Assembly: GCA_964423445.1 (NCBI GenBank)
Contig: CAYREQ010000003.1
Coordinates: forward strand, 821-64,820
DNA: 64,000 nucleotides
Direction of reading: 5' to 3'
DNA from: an uncultured Candidatus Saccharibacteria bacterium
Lineage (GTDB): Bacteria > Patescibacteriota > Minisyncoccia > Phycocordibacterales > UBA9973
Positions 46,103-55,529 of the stretch are shown here, piece by piece. Below the pieces are notes generated by a model. That model searched no databases. It was given only the letters and a program-made list of their open reading frames with translations, and was not told the DNA's origin. Position numbers and translations under genes: made by a program. The first letter of the stretch is position 1, and each line of letters begins with the position of its first letter.

Positions 46103-46654
46103 TTAAATTATTTTTGGGTTAAGATTTTTAATAAGTGAGGGTTCTTCTTTTCTTTTTCTTTTCTTAATTAAAAACTTATATATGGCGGGAGATAAGACCA
46201 TGGCAAAAGTAATGTTTCCTAAGAGATGTAAAATCGTAAACGGTATTTGTCCGACTAGTGTACTAGTGAATGATTGATTGAAAAATATCGGACCGACAGT
46301 AAGTCCAGTAGCTATATCAAAAAATAAAGTGCCGAACACAGCGAAACGTACAAAATTCCATACATTTGCTTCTCTTTTCTTAAAATATAGTGCAGAAAAT
46401 AATCCTAATACTCCGTAAGCTCCTAAAGTAAAGAATGTCTGGATACCAATTGTGTTTGTAAGTAAGTCATAAAGAAAAATGCTGAGAACAGCAAAAGAAA
46501 TACTCATAAACATTCCAAACTTTTTACTAAATGGCATCATTGTCGCCAAAATCGGTTCCACATTTGGAGCACGTAGTGGAATAAGTCGCACCAATAAACA
46601 CACAAAAAGGCCGACGAAATATTTGAAGTAATTATTTTTTAGCGTAGCTTCCAT
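46103..46654 (-). CDS. ECF-type S component-like membrane protein (BtuM/CbrT-like, putative cobalamin transporter)
   Basis: About 6 TMs, RLIP..PNVEPI, YD, H..GN..F; first gene of nrdJ-pduO operon. Confidence 0.7.
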   Translation of the reverse strand: MEATLKNNYFKYFVGLFVCLLVRLIPLRAPNVEPILATMMPFSKKFGMFMSISFAVLSIFLYDLLTNTIGIQTFFTLGAYGVLGLFSALYFKKREANVWNFVRFAVFGTLFFDIATGLTVGPIFFNQSFTSTLVGQIPFTILHLLGNITFAMVLSPAIYKFLIKKRKRKEEPSLIKNLNPKII

Positions 46655-46689
46655 GGATAACTATTATACACGAAAGTTCGCCCAAAAAA

Positions 46690-46698
46690 TGTGGATAA
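46690..46698 (-). promoter_or_regulatory. DnaA box (TTATCCACA) at -35 region of S-component-nrdJ-pduO promoter
   Basis: tgtggataa on plus strand; -10 TATAAT at 46663-46668. Confidence 0.5.
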
Positions 46699-46803
46699 CC
46701 CTCTTTTTTTAGAGAAATTTTACAGAACAAAACACAGAAAAATAGTTGTCAAAAAAAACGACGGTAAAGCCATATATAATCGTTTATTTTTTTATTGAAA
46801 TTG

Positions 46804-46877
46804 TCCGTCCTCTTGGATTCGAACCAAGGACCCCAGAGGTATAAGCTCTGTGCTCTAACCAACTGAGCTAAGGACGG
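46804..46877 (-). tRNA. tRNA-Ile(TAT)
   Basis: CCGTCCT/AGGACGG acceptor, CAGAG-CTTATAC-CTCTG anticodon arm, TTCGAAT, A73. Confidence 0.9.
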
Positions 46878-46950
46878 ATGTAAAGCATACGAATACGGGA
46901 AATAAGACAGATAATCAGGAATTTTTGGTTACTTATGTACTATATAAGAC

Positions 46951-48870
46951 CTAACCAACTATTTCAAGTTTTGGTTGTTCTTCTTTTTTCTTTAAAACAA
47001 TGCCGTGAGCTGTCAGTATCTTTTCATATTCTTCTTGTTCTAGTGTCTCTACCTCTACAAGTTTCATTGCGATAGCCTTAAATGCTTTTTTATTTTCATT
47101 TAATACACGCTCTGCTGTCTTTAATCCATCACTTACTATTCTTGAAACTTCAGCATCTACCTTTGTAGCAATATTTTCAGAATATTCTTTTTCTACCATC
47201 TCACCATATTGAGTTCTATTGTTTCCTCCTAGGGTGACAGGACCAATGACATCTGACATTCCCCATCTAGTCACCATAGAGCGAGCTAAATTTGTCGCTA
47301 CTTTCAAATCGCTAGAAGGTCCGGTAGTAATATCTCCAAACATCATTTGCTCGGCCGCATATCCACCTAGAGACATAGCAATGTCATCTATAAATTCTTT
47401 TTTGGATTGTAGTCTTCGCTCTTCTAGTGGAAGTTTTAATGTGTAACCTCCAGCAGTACCACGAGCGATGATAGAAACTTTGTGCACAGGATCAGCAAAA
47501 GGTAATACTGAAGCTACAAGTGCGTGCCCTGCTTCATGATAAGCAGTGATTTCTTTTTCTTTTTTAGAAAGCAAATGACTTTTTCTCTCTGGGCCAAGCA
47601 TGACTTTTTCAATTGCTCGAATCAAATCAAACTGAAAAACTTTTTTACGATTTTCTCTAGCAGCCAATATCGCACCTTCGTTCATGAGTGAATATAAATC
47701 TGCACCAGAAAATCCTGGGGTTCGCTCTGCAATCAATTTTAAATTTATATCTTCAGCGAGTGGTTTTTTCACTGCATGAATTTCAAGTATTGCTTCACGG
47801 TCAGAACGATCTGGTAAATCAAGCATGACCTTTCTATCAAAACGTCCTGGACGAATAAGTGCTGGGTCTAAAACATCTGGTCTATTTGTAGCGGCCATGA
47901 CTATGACTTTGTCATTTGGCTCAAAACCATCCATCTCCACCAATATCTGGTTTAATGTTTGTTCTCTTTCATCGTTTCCTCCTCCAAAACCACCTCCGCG
48001 AGTACGGCCTATAGCATCTATTTCATCTACAAATATGATAGCTGGAGCTGCTTTTTTAGCCATTTTAAACAAATCTCTTACGCGAGAAGCTCCGACACCT
48101 ACAAACATCTCTACGAATTCACTACCAGATAAATGGAAAAAAGGTACTGAAGCTTCCCCTGCTACAGCACGAGCGAGTAGTGTCTTTCCTGTGCCTGGAG
48201 AACCTGTCAGCATCACACCTTTTGGAATTCTAGCTCCAATGTCTAAAAACTTTTTTGGGCTCTTTAAAAAGTCTACTATTTCTTTCAATTCTTCTTTGGC
48301 TTCTTTACATCCAGCTACATCTTTAAAAGTGACTCGGCTATTTTTGTCATTTGGGTCTGTGATGCGAGCTTTAGATTGACCAAAAGTCATGGCTTGGACA
48401 CCAGCACCTTTCATTTGCCTAGAAATATACCAAAAGAAAATTACTATGAACAAAATCGGCAATAAGAAAGGAAGAATATTTAAAAGCCAGAAAGAAAATC
48501 CATTTTCATCTTTTATTTTTATTTGTGTTTGAGACAATGCTTCACCGGTGACACCATAATTGAAAAGCGTCTGTGACAATGAAGAACCTACCTCTTTTTT
48601 AGATTTCTTTACCTCGTCATTTGTATAAGTGATAGACAGTGTGTCTCCTTCTACTAAAATCTCTCTTACCTCTCCCACAGACACGCTATTTGCCAAATCA
48701 GAAATTGAAACTTCGGGAGTTTTTTTATTGTTTCCAGAAACTAATATATAAACAGCCGTAATCAGCATGAATACAAATACTGCACCCAAAATACTAGTAG
48801 ACAATTTTGTCTCTCTTTTTTTCTTGCCACCATTTTGACCAACTTTTTTCTTTAGAAAATTAAAATCCAT
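46951..48870 (-). CDS. ftsH: ATP-dependent zinc metalloprotease FtsH
   Basis: [37 protein letters not shown]. Confidence 0.97.
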   Translation of the reverse strand: MDFNFLKKKVGQNGGKKKRETKLSTSILGAVFVFMLITAVYILVSGNNKKTPEVSISDLANSVSVGEVREILVEGDTLSITYTNDEVKKSKKEVGSSLSQTLFNYGVTGEALSQTQIKIKDENGFSFWLLNILPFLLPILFIVIFFWYISRQMKGAGVQAMTFGQSKARITDPNDKNSRVTFKDVAGCKEAKEELKEIVDFLKSPKKFLDIGARIPKGVMLTGSPGTGKTLLARAVAGEASVPFFHLSGSEFVEMFVGVGASRVRDLFKMAKKAAPAIIFVDEIDAIGRTRGGGFGGGNDEREQTLNQILVEMDGFEPNDKVIVMAATNRPDVLDPALIRPGRFDRKVMLDLPDRSDREAILEIHAVKKPLAEDINLKLIAERTPGFSGADLYSLMNEGAILAARENRKKVFQFDLIRAIEKVMLGPERKSHLLSKKEKEITAYHEAGHALVASVLPFADPVHKVSIIARGTAGGYTLKLPLEERRLQSKKEFIDDIAMSLGGYAAEQMMFGDITTGPSSDLKVATNLARSMVTRWGMSDVIGPVTLGGNNRTQYGEMVEKEYSENIATKVDAEVSRIVSDGLKTAERVLNENKKAFKAIAMKLVEVETLEQEEYEKILTAHGIVLKKKEEQPKLEIVG

Positions 48871-48912
48871 TTCGTAATGATAGCACAAAAAACACGAAAA
48901 GTGAAGATGTTT

Positions 48913-49416
48913 TTAATACGGATTTTCTCGTAATTTTAATTTGAAAGCAATAAAACAAGCAAACGGATGAAGGACAAAATTTATAAAAATACTAAGAATA
49001 AAAAAAGTAAATGAAATGTAGCCGAACAAAAGAAATACCACACCTGTGAGTATCATATAATCTCCATGATCTACGACAGGAAGAAATTCTCCATCTTTTT
49101 TGTGCATCCTTCTTTTTATAATACTTCCTAGTGTGTGCCCTATATATACTAAGATTGGAATACTAGCCCACACAAAACTCTCTGTGATAAAAAATAAAAA
49201 TATACTAAAAGTAAAAGAAAGTATAATACCCACGACTGTAGTAGATTCCCCTACCAGTCTATCTTTACCGTATTTTAGACCACCATCTATGGGTTTATCA
49301 AAATTTTTTGTTTTTGGAAAATATCTTTTAATAACATACAAAAAATTTAAAAGAATATTTGATACCCAAACAATAAAAAAATATATTAAAAAATTATTAA
49401 TAGTTTGAGCTATCAT
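48913..49416 (-). CDS. CDP-archaeol synthase (CarS/DUF46)-like membrane protein, degenerate motifs
   Basis: PIDGG...RLVGESTT..G, GHTLGSIIKRR....G...P.VDHGD, ENPY end. Confidence 0.7.
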   Translation of the reverse strand: MIAQTINNFLIYFFIVWVSNILLNFLYVIKRYFPKTKNFDKPIDGGLKYGKDRLVGESTTVVGIILSFTFSIFLFFITESFVWASIPILVYIGHTLGSIIKRRMHKKDGEFLPVVDHGDYMILTGVVFLLFGYISFTFFILSIFINFVLHPFACFIAFKLKLRENPY

Positions 49417-50722
49417 AAAAAGAAGGGTTTAATAAAATATAATTATAAATATTATTTTTCTTTAATTCACCATCTAATACAGATAGTGGCTCTGGAATAC
49501 AATTGTTTATAAAAATATTTAAATCTGTATGCCAATTTTTACCAATTAAAGTTGAATTGCCATTATTTATAACTATGTATTTTGAAGTAGTAGATATCTT
49601 ACTTAAAAGTGGCTTGTCTAAGACAAGAGTGGCTGACACTTTCTCAAAAGGTGCTCGCTCCATACATGTCACACCTGGTACAGTGACCGGCATATAAGTG
49701 ATATTTTTTTCTAACTTTTTAGACACATCAGCAATCGTCCCTGTTTCTTTTATATTTAATATTTCTACCTCCCTATTTTCTTTGTTGTAAACAAAAACCC
49801 TCTCGCCTTCATGTAATACAATATTTGAATAGTTATATATGTCACGGTCACGTACACCTGAAACCCAAAAACTTATTGAAAAAAGTAGGACAAGTGGAAT
49901 AAAAAACTGTAAACGAATTTTTTTCTCTATGCCATAGAGCAATATGGTGTAGAGCAATAACAATACAGACACATAAGCCACGACAAGACCATTGCCATAC
50001 ATAAATGAATCTATATATATACTGAGTGCGACGAGGCTGATTCCGATAAAAGCTAAAAAATAATAAAAATTAATATTTAATTTTCCTTTATTTTGTAAAA
50101 CAAAAAGAATAATGAAAATTATACTGAGATAAAAAGCTTGATTGAATACTCCCCCATCTATGGCTGTCTTAATTAAAGAAAAAGAAATAATGGCATAACC
50201 AATGATTAGAAAAAATTTTTGTCTATTATTTTTATCTTCAGTAAATTTTTTAAAATTTGAAACAAAGTATATTATCGTCTGTAATAATACAGCTACTAAA
50301 AGTATAGCCCCAAATAAAAATACATAGCTTGGGAAAAATCCTATATAAGCACCGCCGGCATCCATCGTCATCAATTGTGTTTTACCAAAAAAAGAAAACA
50401 CTTGCCCAAGAATGCCTTTGGCTATATGTGTATGATATATGACAGAGCTAGAAATTTCTCCATTTTTACCTGTAATGAAAAAATCTGTCAGTGAAAAATT
50501 ATTTATTAGTGTATATGATATCTGGAGTATAAACCCATAAATATAAAGACACAGTATTCCGATAGTAAAATATATCCATTTAAAATTTCTAAAATTATTA
50601 TTTCTAAATAAAAAATAAAGTATTGTTAGCAAGCAAAGATATAAAAGAAAAAGCAAAGCTTTCACTTCGCTTCTACCTCCAGCAAATATATTTACAAAAG
50701 AATATATTGTTTGGAATATCAT
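49397..50722 (-). CDS. Polytopic membrane protein with C-terminal soluble domain
   Basis: Many TM segments; AT-rich; between pilin and CarS-like genes. Confidence 0.65.
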   Translation of the reverse strand: MIFQTIYSFVNIFAGGRSEVKALLFLLYLCLLTILYFLFRNNNFRNFKWIYFTIGILCLYIYGFILQISYTLINNFSLTDFFITGKNGEISSSVIYHTHIAKGILGQVFSFFGKTQLMTMDAGGAYIGFFPSYVFLFGAILLVAVLLQTIIYFVSNFKKFTEDKNNRQKFFLIIGYAIISFSLIKTAIDGGVFNQAFYLSIIFIILFVLQNKGKLNINFYYFLAFIGISLVALSIYIDSFMYGNGLVVAYVSVLLLLYTILLYGIEKKIRLQFFIPLVLLFSISFWVSGVRDRDIYNYSNIVLHEGERVFVYNKENREVEILNIKETGTIADVSKKLEKNITYMPVTVPGVTCMERAPFEKVSATLVLDKPLLSKISTTSKYIVINNGNSTLIGKNWHTDLNIFINNCIPEPLSVLDGELKKNNIYNYILLNPSFYDSSNY

Positions 50723-50726
50723 TATA

Positions 50727-51248
50727 TTAAAATGAGCCAGCCCCAAAACCAAAACTCTGAGCCTTTGACTCTAAGTTTTGAGCAAAAATTGCATATGCCC
50801 CAGATCCTAATCCACCAACACCAAAAGACGTACCAGGTGCATTGTATCTATAAGTAAAAAATCCTTTAGAACGATTATTTGCTATTTGTTTGTTAAAACA
50901 AGATATACCACACGGATCTACTGGAAGCTCGGATATGTGGTCGGACAAATCACTCTCTAGGTCTGCCCAAGAAAAAGGAGAAGACCCCATATCATTGGCA
51001 AAGCATCCGGTATCAAAAGCTTCTGGGTCAGAACATGCGGCATTGCCAAAATCAGGTGCGTGCCCGTAATCATAAATATATAATTCTATGGCATTGCGAA
51101 TTTCTTCTATGTCGCGCATCCTTTTAGCATCACGTCCCCTTTCTCTGGCTGAACTTAGAGCCACCATGACTACAGTAGCCAAGAGCCCTATTATCGCAAC
51201 CACAACTAGTAGCTCTATTAAAGTAAAACCTTTTTTATGTGAAGCCAT
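50727..51248 (-). CDS. Type IV pilin/pseudopilin
   Basis: KKGFTLIELLVVVAIIGLLA prepilin motif, AR..RDA.R..D, LPVDP. Confidence 0.92.
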   Translation of the reverse strand: MASHKKGFTLIELLVVVAIIGLLATVVMVALSSARERGRDAKRMRDIEEIRNAIELYIYDYGHAPDFGNAACSDPEAFDTGCFANDMGSSPFSWADLESDLSDHISELPVDPCGISCFNKQIANNRSKGFFTYRYNAPGTSFGVGGLGSGAYAIFAQNLESKAQSFGFGAGSF

Positions 51249-51305
51249 ATCTAGATATTATAAATCTATATAATATTATATTCAACTATATGATAAGATT
51301 AATCT

Positions 51306-51752
51306 ATGGCTAATTATGCAGAAAACCGAAAAGCTAGGTTCAACTACGAAATCTTGGAAAAATACGAGGCTGGTATTGAGCTACTTGGTACAGAAGTAAA
51401 GTCTGTACGAGGTGGACAAATGTCTCTAGAGGGAGCTTTTGTACTCGTGCGTGGTGGTGAAGTATTTTTAATCAATGCAAATATACCACCTTATCAAATA
51501 AAAAATGCTCCAAAAGATTATGATCCCCTACGAAACAGAAAACTTCTCTTAACTAAAAAAGAAATTGCTGAACTTGCGACCAGTGAAAAGAATAAGAGTT
51601 TGACAATTGTCCCAATTTCAGTGTATAATAAAGGTAGAAAAATCAAAGTAAACATTGCTCTGGTAAAGGGTAAGAAAAAATTTGATAAACGCGAGACTCT
51701 AAAAAAACGCGACACTGATAGAGAGCTTCGCAGAGAATACAAAGGAAGTTGA
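51306..51752 (+). CDS. smpB: SsrA-binding protein
   Basis: NRKARFNY, EAGIELLGTEVKS, RKLLL, GKKKFDKRE. Confidence 0.97.
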   Translation: MANYAENRKARFNYEILEKYEAGIELLGTEVKSVRGGQMSLEGAFVLVRGGEVFLINANIPPYQIKNAPKDYDPLRNRKLLLTKKEIAELATSEKNKSLTIVPISVYNKGRKIKVNIALVKGKKKFDKRETLKKRDTDRELRREYKGS

Positions 51753-51758
51753 GTGTAG

Positions 51759-51849
51759 AGAGCAGAACACACACGGACAAGGCTTTCATATTTATATGAT
51801 GGAGGGTGAAACAAACCTGTGGGATGCGTGTGGTGATGTGTTCTGCTCT
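51759..51849. other. Long stem-loop element between smpB and tmRNA
   Basis: agagcagaacaca (51759-51771) pairs with tgtgttctgctct (51837-51849); inner hairpin tcatat-tt-atatga. Confidence 0.6.
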
Positions 51850-51869
51850 GTGCATTGAAATTTTAATAT

Positions 51870-52266
51870 GGGGATGCAAGGCATAGACAGTAGGCCTATT
51901 TGTATTGATGCATACCGAGTATGTACGTAATCTCGTAAAAATTCGTACAAATGTTAATTGCAAAATTGACTTCTAAAGTAAAAGCTTCAGCTTCTCCATA
52001 CTTCGGTATGAAGGACTTTGCTTTTGCTCCAGCTTTCGCGTAAGCCAAGCTGGTGTCTATCTTATAGACTTCCGATATATAAGAATAGGCAAAATATTAT
52101 CGGGATAAGGCGTTATCCGCTCGAATATACGCACTAAAACACAGAGCTAGATTAAGGGATATTTGGCGCACTTAAGAATTCTTTAATTTAAACAAAAAAG
52201 TGTGCTAAGTATGTAGATTTCAATATAATAACCTTCTGCACGGGGATTCAATTTCCCCCATCTCCA
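51870..52266 (+). ncRNA. ssrA: tmRNA
   Basis: 5' GGGGATG pairs with 3' CATCTCC-A (G3.U wobble), T-arm GGGGATTCAATTTCCC, tag ORF 51960-52043, downstream of smpB. Confidence 0.93.
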
Positions 52267-52362
52267 CAGATTTCATAAAAAACCTCTTTTGGTTGACTTT
52301 TAAACCTAAATAAGCTATATTTTAACTAGTTTCAGGTACTTAGCCTGCTACATTTATACCAA

Positions 52363-52869
52363 TTGCGTGAAAGAATAAACAACCAAATAAGGGCTCGTGA
52401 ACTTCGGGTTTTAGATAATGAAAACAAAAATCTAGGAGTTTTGAGTATTAAGGATGCTCTAGAAATGGCGCAAAATATGGGTTTAGACCTTATCGAAATA
52501 GGTCCTACGTCCAATCCCCCGATCGCAAAGATAATGGATTTTGGTAAGTATAAATATGAAGCAAGTAAGAAACAGAAGAAACAGAAAGCAAGTGCAAAAA
52601 ATACAGAAACAAAGTTAGTCCAAGTAAAAATAGGTACGGGAGACCATGACCTAGAGTTAAAAGCTAAAAATGTTTCAAAGTGGCTAAAAGAAGGACATAG
52701 AATAAAAATTGAACTTTTCTTGGCAGGCCGTGCAAAATATATGGATGAAAAATTCCTAAAAGAACGTTTAGATAGAATATTACATTTAATAACTGAGGAT
52801 TATAAAGTATCAGATCCATATAGAAAGGGTCCAAAAGGTTTAACCACAATAATAGAAAAAGCAAAATAA
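52363..52869 (+). CDS. infC: Translation initiation factor IF-3
   Basis: RINNQIRARELRV, LDLIEI..PPIAKIMDFGKYKYE; non-AUG (TTG) start. Confidence 0.95.
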   Translation: MRERINNQIRARELRVLDNENKNLGVLSIKDALEMAQNMGLDLIEIGPTSNPPIAKIMDFGKYKYEASKKQKKQKASAKNTETKLVQVKIGTGDHDLELKAKNVSKWLKEGHRIKIELFLAGRAKYMDEKFLKERLDRILHLITEDYKVSDPYRKGPKGLTTIIEKAK

Positions 52870-52873
52870 ATTT

Positions 52874-53068
52874 ATGAAGGGAATGAAAACAAATAAATCA
52901 TATAGCAAGAGACTAAAGCTTACAAAAAAAGGTAAAGTAATTGCTCGTAAGCCTGGTTTCAACCATTTCAATGCAAAGCAATCACGAACTTCACAGCTCG
53001 GTGGTCGCAAGAGACAAAATTTTGTAATTAAAAATAAACCAAAGAGTCACCTACTACCATTTAGTTAG
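52874..53068 (+). CDS. rpmI: 50S ribosomal protein L35
   Basis: KTNKS..KR.K.T..GK, H; synteny infC-rpmI-rplT. Confidence 0.93.
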   Translation: MKGMKTNKSYSKRLKLTKKGKVIARKPGFNHFNAKQSRTSQLGGRKRQNFVIKNKPKSHLLPFS

Positions 53069-53086
53069 TCGGTAAATAAAAAATAT

Positions 53087-53431
53087 ATGACAAGAGTAAA
53101 AAAGGGAGTACACGCATTAAAAAGAAGAAGAAGCGTCTTGAAGCAGACCAAAGGTATGCGTCATGGTCGCTCTACAAAAGAACGACAAGCAAAAGAAGCT
53201 CTGCTTCATGCTGGTAATTATTCTTTTGCTCACCGAAAAGACAAGAAGTCTCACAACAGAAAGCTTTGGAATATAAAGATAAACGCTGGTAGCCGTGAAC
53301 TTGGTATGTCTTATTCAAAGTTGATGGGTGCATTAAAGGTAAAAAATATAATGCTAGACCGAAAGATACTTTCTGACTTTGCAGAAAATCATCCAAATAC
53401 TTTCGCTAAGGTTCTAGAAGCCGTAAAATAA
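53087..53431 (+). CDS. rplT: 50S ribosomal protein L20
   Basis: MTRVKKG, RKLW..KINA, SYS, LDRKILS. Confidence 0.96.
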   Translation: MTRVKKGVHALKRRRSVLKQTKGMRHGRSTKERQAKEALLHAGNYSFAHRKDKKSHNRKLWNIKINAGSRELGMSYSKLMGALKVKNIMLDRKILSDFAENHPNTFAKVLEAVK

Positions 53432-53433
53432 AT

Positions 53434-53470
53434 AAATAAAAAAATCCCCGTTAAGGGGATTTTTTTATTT
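53434..53470. terminator. Bidirectional intrinsic terminator
   Basis: aaataaaaaaatcccc-gttaa-ggggatttttttattt. Confidence 0.9.
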
Positions 53471-54083
53471 ATTTATTTGGTGGAACAATTTTATATTCAG
53501 CTATCTTGTCTTTTTTTACGAGGGCTATAATTTCTTCTATCATCTTCTTGGGGTCAGTCCCTTTGACTATTTTATCATTTGGCCTATTCCCTTTTGCCAA
53601 AATATCTTCTAATTCAGCTCCCATTTCCCAAGGGCCTTCATATATACCTATAGGCTTACCATCTTCAAAAGCTACAGTAAACTCATGTATAGTGCCTATA
53701 CGTCCACAACCACAGATAACAGCATCAGAAGAACGTGTAAGCAACAAATCTCTTCCTGGGTAGCCAAATCCTGTGTATACTATCAAATCCATATAATCGA
53801 GTGGGAGTTTATATGTTTCCACATGTTCTTTCTCGGATGATGCTGGAGACATACCTATAGAAATACCGCCTGCTTCTTTGGCTCCCATAGCAGCCCAAAG
53901 TGGAAAGCCAGTAGTAGCTCCAGTCACAAGCACTGCACCTTGTCTTGCAATCTCTCGGCCGAGCTCTTTTGCTTTTTCGAGTGCATCTACTCCGCAGTGA
54001 CCTGTCTCAGCTGCTCCTGAAACACAAATTTTTATTTGATTGTGTCCGTGTTTGTTTAAAGAATCCAATGTTTTTATATCCAT
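53469..54083 (-). CDS. LOG/SLOG family protein (TIGR00725-like)
   Basis: ELGREIA, VTGATTG, AKEAGG, R...L..SSDA, GRIGTIHE. Confidence 0.82.
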   Translation of the reverse strand: MDIKTLDSLNKHGHNQIKICVSGAAETGHCGVDALEKAKELGREIARQGAVLVTGATTGFPLWAAMGAKEAGGISIGMSPASSEKEHVETYKLPLDYMDLIVYTGFGYPGRDLLLTRSSDAVICGCGRIGTIHEFTVAFEDGKPIGIYEGPWEMGAELEDILAKGNRPNDKIVKGTDPKKMIEEIIALVKKDKIAEYKIVPPNK

Positions 54084-54105
54084 ATTTTGATTATATCAAT
54101 GAAAC

Positions 54106-54143
54106 AAACATAATGCAAAATTTGTAAATTTTGCATTATGTTT
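54106..54143. terminator. AT-rich 18-bp inverted repeat (terminator-like)
   Basis: aaacataatgcaaaattt-gt-aaattttgcattatgttt. Confidence 0.6.
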
Positions 54144-54162
54144 TTAAAAATAAATTATTTTT

Positions 54163-55527
54163 TTAGCAAACTAGATCTACACTAGTTCCCTGTTCTGGAG
54201 CGTATGCATCTATGGCTAGATTGTCTCGCAATTTTTGAACTAAGAACATTGATGACTTTGGTTCACCCATGACTACAAAAACTTTTTTTACTGAATTTTG
54301 CATATCGGAGACAAAGTTTAAAAGTCCGTCTGAGTCTTTATGTCCTGAGTATCCATTTATGGTTACTATGTGAGCTCTAACTACTACATCTTCTCCTGAG
54401 ATTCGTACTGTCTTTACTCCTTCTTGAATCAAACGCCCAGGGCTGCCGACAGCCTGATAGCCAGCCAAAAGCAATGTATTGTTTGGGTCTGGTAAATAAT
54501 GCCTCTCATGGTGTACTACTCTACCACCCGTAGACATACCACTACCAGCAATAACAATTTTAGGGTTTGGAACATTCCCTATCATTCTGGATTCTTCAGA
54601 TTTTAAAGTGCTGTGAAGCCCCGGGAAATCAAACAGATATTTATCATGGGACATCGCCTTTTGAGCTGCTTCGTTGAAGTAGTCTTTGTATTGTTTAAAG
54701 ACATCAGTCAAACGGATAGCTAATGGGGAATCTAAAAATATAGGCATGACTGGTATTCTGTTTCCTTCTACTAAAGCATTTAATTCAAATAAAAGCTCTT
54801 GGGATCTTTCGAGGGAAAATGTAGGTATTATTAGTGTACCTTTCCTTTTATAATTGTCTTCTATGGTTTCTTCTAAAAACTTTCGGCGCTCATCTCGTGA
54901 TTCATGATTTCTATCTCCATAAACACTCTCCATGATTACATAGTCTACATCAGTCACTTTTTCTGTATCGGGCAATATTGGTGAAGGACTATTACCCAAA
55001 TCTCCTGTAAATAAAATCTTTTTACCATTATAAGTAAACATGATCATCGCAGAGCCCAAAATATGGCCAGCGTTTAACATGGAGACTTCTACGTTTGGAG
55101 TCACATTTATTTTTTCATGGTAATCAAAACCTTCCCAGAGAGACATGGCTAGTCTCAAATTTTCAACTGTATAAATTTTATCTAGTCCAAGTTCTGTATT
55201 TTTAGACAAGATACCAGTGGTGTCTTCTAGCATCGGAGAAGACAAGGCTTTGGTGGGCTTGGTGGAATAAATTTTTCCACGGAAACCTTCACTAATTAAT
55301 TTTGGTATTCTGCCTACATGGTCTACGTGTGAATGAGTGACAAAAAGAATATCAATTTCTTTGGGGTTGTATGGGAATACTTCCCAATTTATATCATCTG
55401 CCAATTTTAAACCTTGAGTAAGACCACAATCTACTAATATTTTTTTACCATCAATTTCTAAAAGAAAATTAGCCCCTGTGACTGAGCCCGTACCTCCATA
55501 AAATGTTACTTTTGCTTTTTTATCCAT
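54163..55527 (-). CDS. MBL-fold beta-CASP ribonuclease
   Basis: THSHVDHVG, AGHILGS, TGDLG, ESVYG, GSGM..GGR, YSGH.D. Confidence 0.9.
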   Translation of the reverse strand: MDKKAKVTFYGGTGSVTGANFLLEIDGKKILVDCGLTQGLKLADDINWEVFPYNPKEIDILFVTHSHVDHVGRIPKLISEGFRGKIYSTKPTKALSSPMLEDTTGILSKNTELGLDKIYTVENLRLAMSLWEGFDYHEKINVTPNVEVSMLNAGHILGSAMIMFTYNGKKILFTGDLGNSPSPILPDTEKVTDVDYVIMESVYGDRNHESRDERRKFLEETIEDNYKRKGTLIIPTFSLERSQELLFELNALVEGNRIPVMPIFLDSPLAIRLTDVFKQYKDYFNEAAQKAMSHDKYLFDFPGLHSTLKSEESRMIGNVPNPKIVIAGSGMSTGGRVVHHERHYLPDPNNTLLLAGYQAVGSPGRLIQEGVKTVRISGEDVVVRAHIVTINGYSGHKDSDGLLNFVSDMQNSVKKVFVVMGEPKSSMFLVQKLRDNLAIDAYAPEQGTSVDLVC

Positions 55528-55529
55528 TG

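Noticed and set aside
51518-51963. Minus-strand ORFs over smpB/ssrA
   Set aside because: Antisense to smpB and tmRNA, no protein-like features
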